The translations under genes were made by a program, and so were the position numbers. Shown one piece after another: positions 1-7,296 of a DNA stretch of 7,367 nt. This stretch comes from Amoeboradix gromovi X-113 (Eukaryota; Fungi; Sanchytriomycota). Below the pieces are notes generated by a model. It had not been told where the DNA came from, ran no database searches, and saw nothing but the letters and a program-made list of their open reading frames with translations. Position 1 is the first letter of the stretch. Every line of letters starts with the position of its first letter. The stretch spans positions 1-7,367 of the forward strand of contig JADGIF010000511.1 of NCBI GenBank assembly GCA_018985225.1, read 5' to 3'.

Positions 1-14
1 GTGATCAAAAACAT

Positions 15-359
15 TTATTGAGAAGTATTAGATCCACTGCCGAAATTTTGATCGAATAACGTGTCTGCAGGATTGATAATGCGTTCCATCTCATCAACTT
101 CTGTTTTAATAGCTCTTGCTTTTACAGATAGTCGTTCATTCTTTGACTCCAATCCTTGCAAAACCTTGTTCATTTTCATATCCAGCTCATGAATATGTTG
201 TCGCAATTGGACAATTTCGGACTTTAAATTACTCACCTGCACTTCCAATTTGCTGACATCATTTGCGACCTCCAATACCAATCCAACTAATTCATCCCTA
301 TCCTTAATCATGTTATCATTATGAGTAATAATTGCCATGATTTTTGGGATGGAATTCAT
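15..359 (-). CDS. Hypothetical coiled-coil protein (114 aa; may be a 3' exon or fragment)
   Basis: ATG-started ORF with heptad-like hydrophobic spacing (VSKLEVQVSNLKSEIVQLRQHIHELDMKMNKVLQGLE). No family motif recognised. Confidence 0.45.
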   Translation of the reverse strand: MNSIPKIMAIITHNDNMIKDRDELVGLVLEVANDVSKLEVQVSNLKSEIVQLRQHIHELDMKMNKVLQGLESKNERLSVKARAIKTEVDEMERIINPADTLFDQNFGSGSNTSQ

Positions 360-397
360 TTAAATTGGCCTCGAGTCCAATCAAGGAATTGACTGTT

Positions 398-430
398 GAC
401 TGTTATCCAATCGACTGCTGTCCAATCGAC
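398..430. repeat. Imperfect 15-bp tandem duplication
   Basis: gactgttatccaatc (398-412), gactgctgtccaatc (413-427), gac (428-430). A related gtccaatc lies at 375-382. Confidence 0.7.
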
Positions 431-657
431 AAGACCGACAGTTCTTTAGTTCTGAAGAGAATGTTGCTTTGAATTGGCTCTAGTAATATTTGTGCTTGTT
501 CTGCAGTGGTAAATGCTTACTTGAGCAGACTAAAGATGTGCTAGTTCATGTAAAGTTGCACTTAAGAAACTGGCACTCTGATGAAAGCAGAACTTGATAT
601 GACATAGCTGTAACGAAACAGTTCAACACTTGAGTAGAATAACAGAAAAATATTTAC

Positions 658-957
658 TTAGCTGTGCATTTCATTCCATTGTGCCACTTTAGGATGCTTC
701 GACAAACTTTCATATGATTTCATAATTCCAGGGTATGAGTCAACGATAGAAGTTGGGATTCCATCCAAGTAACCAGCTTTAAATGCTGTTACCATTGAGT
801 AGAGAACAATATCAGCAATTGTGACAGTATCTCCAACAGCTTGTGCCTTTCCATATTGCTTGATTACCTTTTCTAAACCCTCAAAGTATTTTGGAAAGAC
901 ATGATCAGCTAATTCTTTTCTCATAGCCAACTTTTTTTGTTCATCTTTCTCACCATG
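658..957 (-). pseudogene. Glutathione S-transferase (sigma-like), C-terminal part, downstream of the transposon insertion
   Basis: Translation GEKDEQKKLAMRKELADHVFPKYFEGLEKVIKQYG...VGDTVTIADIVLY...YPGI...HPKVAQW has the GST C-domain GDxxTxAD N-capping motif. The first residues of the track ORF (MYNLVFTEHVP) come from the element end, not the GST. Confidence 0.88.
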
Positions 958-958
958 T
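955..958. repeat. Left target-site duplication copy (ATGT, one change from ATAT)
   Basis: The GST empty site reconstructs as CCT ACA TAT GGT GAG (P-T-Y-G-E). ATAT is duplicated, and this copy reads ACAT on the minus strand. Confidence 0.8.
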
Positions 959-982
959 GGGACATGCTCTGTAAAAACTAGA
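959..982 (+). repeat. Left terminal inverted repeat
   Basis: gggacatgctctgtaaaaactaga equals the reverse complement of 7269-7292 except at position 966. Confidence 0.92.
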
Positions 983-1088
983 TTATACAATTTGTATCAA
1001 AATTTCAAAAATAAATATTCTGTGCAGCTATTCTCCTACTCTTTCGTCCAGTCTTTATTTTAGAGTTTTAGGATAACTATTTACTTTA

Positions 1089-1120
1089 CAATAGTGATTT
1101 AAAATATAATATCACTATTG
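1089..1120. repeat. Perfect 10-bp inverted repeat (hairpin) abutting an internal TIR copy
   Basis: caatagtgat (1089-1098) and atcactattg (1111-1120) with a 12-nt AT-only loop. Confidence 0.75.
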
Positions 1121-1170
1121 CTCTGTAAAAACTAGAATTGGGGGTGTTTCATGAGGTGACCAATCAAGTC
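1119..1170 (+). repeat. Internal partial copy of the terminal repeat (left-TIR orientation) with subterminal similarity
   Basis: tgctctgtaaaaactaga at 1119-1136 is identical to 965-982. The following attgggggtg...ggtgac resembles the reverse complement of the right subterminal region (ctaggggtaaatagtgggtgac). Confidence 0.8.
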
Positions 1171-1866
1171 TGCAACGTTCTTAAAATTTACTTAGACCAA
1201 TCAGCTGAATGGTTAAACTTTAAGCGAGTAAAATTGAGAGAATAGAGCTATAAGACGAAATTGAAGATGATAACAATGATAGAATTTTAAATTAAAAGAT
1301 CATGTATAATATCAAACCTGTTGCTTCTATGAATTTCCATTTATTCGGTATTCAAAATAATAGATAATACTAAATCAAACTTACGACTTCATAATTATCA
1401 TGTTGAAATCAGGCATAACACTTTGGCTTTAATTGGACTATTTAAAGATTTAAAACCAGGAAAATGAGCAATTGCAAAAAGTCATTTGGAATAGATTTTC
1501 GGAGGCTGTAAAATAAATTTAGAGGGACTTCACAAAGCTGATGTGAAATTAGATTCATCATTGGATGGAGACTTTGCTCTGGGTTCTTGCTGGAGAAAGG
1601 AACAGAGAGCCTTGAGTAATATACGTACTGCAATTTTAGTTTGGCAAATTGAATCTTCTAGTTATTATGACTGATTTGTATACAAGCGATAAATTTGGGT
1701 CAAGAGGAGATTTATTGACCAGTTTTAAAGAGCATTTAAAAACTTATCCAAACTTGATTATCAAAAGAAAATAACATGGGCTATTATAGCAGAACCAGAA
1801 TTGTCTTTTAATAAAGATTAAGTTTTCTTAAGACAAATATGACATTCACCACATCCTGTTTTAAGG
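1165..1866 (+). pseudogene. Possible heavily decayed second Sola-like transposase remnant
   Basis: Colinear motif remnants vs the 4801-6412 protein, across several frames: QVCNVLKIYL (1165) ~ DTCTEFKLNL; MNFHLFGIQN (1329) ~ LNISLFGIHN; D-x4-*NK (1494-1517) ~ DNCVGQNK; DGDFA (1564) ~ DSYFG; IESSS (1648) ~ VESSS; EPELS...LR (1792-1866) ~ EPPSLT...LR. Many stops, frameshifts and deletions; matched by eye only. Confidence 0.42.
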
Positions 1867-2080
1867 ACACCTATTAAACTGCTAGTGTTGCTCTTCGATT
1901 CATAATCTACTTGATCTTCCATTATTACACTTGCTTTAAAAAATTAATTTTGTATATTTGGTGTCTCATTTTATCTCCCAGATATTTAATTATAGTCTTC
2001 AAGTTATATATCGTGAGAATACATTGTTTTCGTTGATCAAAATTTGAAACAACCCAGGTCTAGTTTTTCAGTGCTTTCAA

Positions 2081-2149
2081 TAAAACTTCAATTGACTTTA
2101 TCTCATACCCCACTTTTACACCTATTCTAATTTTTACAGAGTATGTCCC
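2081..2149 (+). repeat. Internal ~70-bp copy of the element right end
   Basis: Aligns with 7222-7292 with about 10 differences in 71 columns (manual count) and ends in the same cagagtatgtccc. A further degenerate gtctagtttttcagtg lies at 2058-2073. Confidence 0.9.
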
Positions 2150-2325
2150 ATAGATAGGGACCATATGAGAGCGAAGAATATTTACTTTAAGTACATATCT
2201 ATAGTAATGCCGCCTAGGAGGACTTTGTCTCTTGCAAAGTTAAAGAAAGAAAGCGGAATTTTACTAATTCAACGTTTTTGTGTAGGAGTATAAGATACTA
2301 TTGTCATTTATATCATAAAATAAAT

Positions 2326-4053
2326 TTATTTTGGAATAATAGGATCTAACTCTTCTAAACCAATTATTTTATATCCTTGAAGCTTATGTTCTTCCTTCAA
2401 GTGCTTAATCTTTTTTGTGTTTTTCAGCAATGTTTCGGATTCTTCTGATATTTTTTGTGTTGAAATAAAGATTAATTTGCCCAGCCGATATTCAGGATGG
2501 GTTTTCTTGAAGGTGGCCCAGTTACGAGCACATCTTAATATAATGTTTTTCATGTTTTGAGAAGAAGCCAGTTCTAGGTTACCGGGTGCTTTAGTCATAG
2601 TCAGAGACCTTTTAGAGACTGAAAATTTTGCTGAAGTTCCATCTTTATCTACTGCTATATTAAACCGATGATAAACGTTTTTACGGAATCCATCTGCCCA
2701 GGTGGCATTGTCCACTAATTTTGTCAACTTCACTTGAATAATGTCCACTGTATTTCCGACAAACCTATATCCATCCAGCCCATTATCTGCTGATCCTCCG
2801 TTTCTGTAAACACCATCTTCAATGGTTGAATCCTCCTTGATAACATTTTTATAAACACCAAGTCCGAGTAATTCAGATTTCTCCAAAATTTCCCGTTCGC
2901 CATAATGACCCAATGATGGATCAGTAGGTCTCAGTATCAGATCCCATACCAGTTTTGATTTAAGGGTGGGTTTTGTCTGAAAGTAACCAGACAAATAGCT
3001 ATACAAATGAGGGTACAAAAACTCGTACACTATATGATTTTGTGAATAAAATAAATCATTATCTCTAAAATCACTTAAGCAACGCAATATGTCACCCTTT
3101 GGACAATCATTTATGTATTCAAATATGGATTCAGTGTTTAACTTTGGCAAAGTGAAATAATTACAAGATTTATAATTGGTCCCATGTAATAATTCGAGAA
3201 ATAAAAAGCAGATCTTATTTAGTATAGGATCATCATCCATATATTCGTACAAGTCCTGCTGAGAAATTGGCGTATGATGCGAGTCAAAATTATATGAATC
3301 TAATAGCCGTGGTATACTTCCTGTATATTTAAATACTTCTTGTATATTTATATCAGTTATGTGTTCCGGTACGAGATCGTAACGTTGCATATACTTTGTA
3401 ATAAACTCTTTTGTTCGTATGGGATTTAAACTCCATTCAATGTGGCAAGTTTTGTTTAAGTTGGGATAATTTCCAAAATCTGCAAATGCGCGTTTTTTTA
3501 ATTTCAAAGAGCTAGAGGTAATAATGCTATAGTAGCCAGAACCCTTAGCCATATGATAAATATCATTAATACATTGTATCGAATGTTCCTTCGATGTCCA
3601 ATCATATACATGATGAATCTCATCAGAAAAATAGGCGACCTTAAATCCATACCTGGTATACAATTCAGAGTAAAAATCAACATCACTTACATTCTGCAGA
3701 CTATCGGCAATATCACCATATTCTGGATTATAAAGTTCTTTGAGAATCAAGTTACGTGGTCTACAATTTTGAGCGACTGAAAAATCGGTGTATAATATTA
3801 ACATCTTTTTATCATTTTTGAAATGAATATCCAGCAATTTTTTCAAATTTTTCAACAAAAATGACTTTCCCATACCTTTTGGTGCTATTATAGCCATATT
3901 TCCCCCACTGCTACATGTCTCAGAAGAGTTCAATTTTTCAATTTTGGAACAGATTTCATTCAAAATATTAGTAAGTTCCTTAGACTCTTCAAATAATTGT
4001 CTATTGCAATTACTCTTCCACAGTTCCCTGATGTTATCTACCAATCTCTCCAT
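2326..4053 (-). CDS. P-loop NTPase + C-terminal PD-(D/E)xK (restriction endonuclease-like) nuclease; Crinkler/RHS (CR) effector-like
   Basis: Uninterrupted ORF. Likely ATG at 4053 (575 aa); another ATG lies at 4095 and the track start at 4131 is TTG. Walker A APKGMGKS (3862-3885), Walker B VAYFSDE (3619-3639), and nuclease-like GHYGE (E at 2896-2898)...GLDG (D at 2773-2775)-x12-QVK (2728-2736). Confidence 0.8.
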   Translation of the reverse strand: MERLVDNIRELWKSNCNRQLFEESKELTNILNEICSKIEKLNSSETCSSGGNMAIIAPKGMGKSFLLKNLKKLLDIHFKNDKKMLILYTDFSVAQNCRPRNLILKELYNPEYGDIADSLQNVSDVDFYSELYTRYGFKVAYFSDEIHHVYDWTSKEHSIQCINDIYHMAKGSGYYSIITSSSLKLKKRAFADFGNYPNLNKTCHIEWSLNPIRTKEFITKYMQRYDLVPEHITDINIQEVFKYTGSIPRLLDSYNFDSHHTPISQQDLYEYMDDDPILNKICFLFLELLHGTNYKSCNYFTLPKLNTESIFEYINDCPKGDILRCLSDFRDNDLFYSQNHIVYEFLYPHLYSYLSGYFQTKPTLKSKLVWDLILRPTDPSLGHYGEREILEKSELLGLGVYKNVIKEDSTIEDGVYRNGGSADNGLDGYRFVGNTVDIIQVKLTKLVDNATWADGFRKNVYHRFNIAVDKDGTSAKFSVSKRSLTMTKAPGNLELASSQNMKNIILRCARNWATFKKTHPEYRLGKLIFISTQKISEESETLLKNTKKIKHLKEEHKLQGYKIIGLEELDPIIPK

Positions 4054-4800
4054 TGTTTGAGCTTTGAAATTAAAATAAATTGAATATTTTACCATGATAT
4101 TGCTTGAAAAAATGTCCCCAATTAATATCAAGCCAATTATAGCTGTTGGTTTTGATTATGTATTTGGAGTTTTAGCAAGTTTAAAAAATAAAACTATTTA
4201 AAAATAATTAACCACCCTATGAGATGTTGTAATTGTAAAAAGCAATTATTGTATTGAAATCAGTTTACTCTTCTCTATTTTTTCAATAATTCAAATTATG
4301 ATGTGCTGTATCAATTCCAAATAATGTTCAGCCGGGGTTATGTGAACAATATTTAAAACACCATCTTGTACAATATCGGCAAATTTGAAAATACGATTCA
4401 GGGTTTCCTCAAAGGTGTCATTATTAATTCGAAGTATAATCAAGAGATACTGAAGCCCGGTTATTCTCGCCTCAAATCGCTTTTTTGCTCTTTTCATCTA
4501 TCAACGCACCTACTAACAATGCGGTCAGAAGCAATTGTAAAGATTTTATTGTCGAAAATCAGTATATCAAAAAGTCACTAATCATGAAAACCACATCTTT
4601 CTACAGACTACCAAGGTATTAAATATTTATTAAGAATTTTTAGGTGGACTCGAGAAAGAATATGAATCCGATTTGAAAGAAAAAAATGGTTTAATATTGT
4701 CAATGATTTGACGTCTCAATCGAGGAAACACAACAGCATCCAACTTAATTAAGTAATGGTATATGGTAAATAGATATCTTGAAGTCTTTTTTATTCAATT

Positions 4801-6412
4801 TCACAACAAAGTATCTCTCAGACTTCTAGGCATGTACTTCTTAACTTTCCCCAAATCCTTTTTCTTTCTTTCTGTGAGAGAAGGTGGTTCTAACACTTCA
4901 GGTTGAAATGTATACTCATCAGGATTCAACTGACACTCTTTTCTGAGATCTAATACTGTGTCTAGAACAGATGGATCATTGATTAACCTTTTCAACACGA
5001 CTTTCCCAAGAGTGTTGGACTTGAATGAAAAGGATTGGTAGCCTGCAATACCTGGAATATCATTGAAAAAGTTGTCCAACTTGGAACGATACTCTTTGAA
5101 TCTCTTTCCAGGAAACTCAATACACTTGCTATTGGAAGTAGAAGATGATTCTACTACCTCTTTTACCTGACTTACAGTATACACATCTTGACTGTAAAAT
5201 TTCTTCTTAATGTGACCAAAATAACTATCTGGACTAAATTTAGTATGAAATTTAATCATAAAGGTGAGTTGAATGGACTCACATACTCCAGAAACACATA
5301 GCCAGCAGAGTAACTTCACAATAGTATTATTCTTATTCTGTCCAACACAATTATCTGCAAATAATACTAGATTCTTTCTTGCTTGTTCAGAAAGTCTGTA
5401 AATGTAGTCAACTAACATACTTGCTACATTATTACTACCTTTCTTTCCAACATCTTCTCTGTAAATATAATTCACTTGTTTCCTAGTTGATTCATTATGA
5501 ATCCCAAATAATGAGATAATTCAGTAGAGATAGAAAGTAAAGTTCTGAAGGTTGATCTTTCAATTGAGGGAGACAGAGATTCTGACTATAGTCAAAAGAG
5601 AGAGTAGTTGTTCGGATTCTTGTCTTACAACTATTTTAGTCCACCCTAGCTACTTTAGCTTGTCTTAGATGATCATGGAATTCCTTTGTAATACTTAGTA
5701 AACTTGATTCCACTAGTTCACTAGATGACAGATTCAATTTGAATTCAGTACATGTATCACACATATTACTTCTACCTGATCTTATTCGTATACTCTCACA
5801 ATCATGATAAAGTCTTCTAAAAGTCTCAAATCCAATGGTAATAGCATCTTGAGTTGTCAAGTAAATATGATGTAATTTGTTAATGGTAAAGTCTGAAGGT
5901 AGCCAGAGCAGGACAATGTCTCTTGTTCTCTTAGTTTGTTTGTACATATACGTTCTTCCAGGTCTCTGTTCACCATGAATCTCTGCAAAGTCAAAAAGCC
6001 ATTCTTTGATACAAGCTTTTTCCTGACTAGTCAAAGCATGATTAAACACTTTACCTTTATTACCATGATGTCTAAACTTGAAGGTGTCTAGGTCATTTAT
6101 GATATTCTGAAATTGCTGACGTGAGATGGTTAGTAAGGTTGTCATAGCATCTCTGCATACCTTTCCTAATGGATAGATAGAATACTTGAATCGTTTCTTA
6201 TTATTGACAGATAAGCTTGTTACTTCACAAGCTGTAAGAATACCTTTGATGAAAATATCACGTTCCTGTTTTGTAAGGACTTGGAATTTATCTGAGAAGG
6301 AAGCTAAAAGATCTTGTGGGACTAGCTGTAGACAATTAAAGGAACAACATGATAACTTTTTACAGTTTGCTAACCATCTTGACTTATCAAAGACAGTAAG
6401 CTGATCTTCCTC
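4801..6412 (-). pseudogene. Sola-like DDD transposase, disrupted
   Basis: Track ORFs 5636-6145 and 4801-5475 are one gene. The frame is open from 6412 (contains CCSFNC, VCRDAM, CDTC), has a premature TAA at 5636-5638, continues LSFDYSQN...LYFLSLLN, shifts by 1 nt near 5518-5520, then reads ISLFGIHNE...KKGSNNVAS...ADNCVGQNKN...FHTKFSPDSYFG. Putative catalytic Asp codons: 5591-5593, 5353-5355, 5227-5229. True 5' end not resolved. Confidence 0.85.
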
Positions 6413-6863
6413 TTATTGTCATGTAATGGGTGAGTTGTAGAGCCTAATGTACCTAATGTAGTAAGCGATAGTGACTGTGTGAATTTTGATTCTTGAGAAT
6501 GAAAAGGATTTGTAATTGACAAGGTGGAGAAGATGGTTCGTACGTCATTTATAACTTTCTACACGTACTTGTTCCAATAGTGTACTGAGCTGAAATGAAT
6601 TGGAATGAGAGTAGATGAATGTAGATCCAATACAAGTTAAGTAGTTACTTACTTGTTACTTAATTTTATACTGAATGTTTATAGTGTTGACTTTGTTAGC
6701 TGACCAATTAGATGTTTACTTGCAAGAAATATACTTGGGCCAATTGAACTAGTAGAGATAGGCTTTTTGAACCAGGTAGGTTAGATAGACAAAACTATAA
6801 GATAAATGGTATATTATACAATTAGATTTTCCTGCATATGCAAATTTTCTACAAGGAAATGAA

Positions 6864-7091
6864 ATGGAAGAAGTTCAAAGACGTCATTGTTATTTAATCG
6901 AAGCTTATGTAAAAGAATACACACGTCACCTTGGAACTACTATTGTAGAATTTACGAGAATCGCTTCAGCTATTATTGAGTATGTACATCAAAATGGAAT
7001 TGATACAATGGTTGTGGAAGATTATGGAAAAATAATCAAATTCCTAACACTACCTGGTCTTCTTTTGAGTTGCAAGATAATGAGTGGTTAG
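6864..7091 (+). other. Short ORF, possibly an exon of a decayed unknown cargo gene
   Basis: 75-aa ORF whose frame is open from ~6826 (FPAYANFLQGNE-M...). It is preceded by a candidate 50-nt GT-AG intron (6776-6825) and by gctgac...caattag (6699-6711), which resembles a branch point plus acceptor. No family recognised. Confidence 0.25.
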
Positions 7092-7191
7092 TGGTTGCAA
7101 TATTTAGATATTTATACTCTGCTAATGGTAACATTAGTATAAGATTAAGACGCAGTCAAGAAAATGAATAAGTAAATTTATTTATTAATAT

Positions 7192-7292
7192 GGACACTCT
7201 GTAAAAAACTAGTGCTAGGGTTAAAAACCTCAATTGGCTTTATCTCGTCACCCACTATTTACCCCTAGTCTAGTTTTTACAGAGTATGTCCC
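7192..7292. mobile_element. ~100-bp MITE-like unit forming the right end of the large element
   Basis: Left arm ggacactctgtaaaaaactagtgctagggttaaa (7192-7225) is an imperfect inverted repeat of tttacccctagtctagtttttacagagtatgtccc (7258-7292). Flanked by ATAT on both sides (7188-7191, 7293-7296). Confidence 0.78.
7269..7292 (-). repeat. Right terminal inverted repeat
   Basis: tctagtttttacagagtatgtccc, the reverse complement of the left TIR with one mismatch. Confidence 0.92.
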
Positions 7293-7296
7293 ATAT
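7293..7296. repeat. Right target-site duplication copy (ATAT)
   Basis: Directly follows the ...TATGTCCC terminus and belongs to the GST codons ACA TAT. Confidence 0.8.

Larger units (their letters stand above)
959..7292. mobile_element. 6,334-bp TIR DNA element (Sola-like) with cargo, inserted in the GST gene
   Basis: 24-bp TIRs at 959-982 and 7269-7292 (23/24 identical), GGG...CCC termini, 4-bp flanking duplication ATGT (955-958) / ATAT (7293-7296), in-frame restoration of the GST on removal, and an internal DDD transposase pseudogene. Confidence 0.88.

Noticed and set aside
958-990. Track start of the 110-aa ORF (MYNLVFTEHVP) as a real GST N-terminus
   Set aside because: It starts at TTG and is read from the element end. 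The true upstream GST sequence is at 7293-7367.
1209-1394. In-frame TAA codons suggesting a TAA=Gln genetic code or RIP-like C>T mutation
   Set aside because: The intact ORFs end at TAA and have no internal TAA, so the code looks standard. The transposase stop at 5636 is not clearly CAA>TAA, and there are too few sites to claim RIP.
1442-1633. 63-aa minus-strand ORF
   Set aside because: Non-ATG start, no motif, and antisense to the putative fossil transposase.
3504-3780. ORFs 3504-3686 (-) and 3553-3780 (+)
   Set aside because: Shadow ORFs wholly inside the long NTPase-nuclease CDS, with no recognisable motifs.
4111-4120. aatgtcccca resembling the TIR tip
   Set aside because: Only a 7-bp match without the adjacent cagag/ctag core; likely chance.
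6186-6404. 72-aa plus-strand ORF
   Set aside because: Antisense to the open N-terminal frame of the transposase.
6443-6460. cctaatgta x2 tandem duplication
   Set aside because: Real but trivial slippage duplication with no functional signal.
4747-6665. 10-bp inverted match aattaagtaa (4747-4756) / ttacttaatt (6656-6665) as private TIRs plus AATT TSD of the transposase
   Set aside because: It does not extend inward and is almost all A/T, so it is expected by chance at this composition.
959-7292. Recurrent ctctgtaaaaactag motif as a CRISPR-like array
   Set aside because: Copies are in both orientations and irregularly spaced, with no cas-like genes. They are explained as TIR copies.
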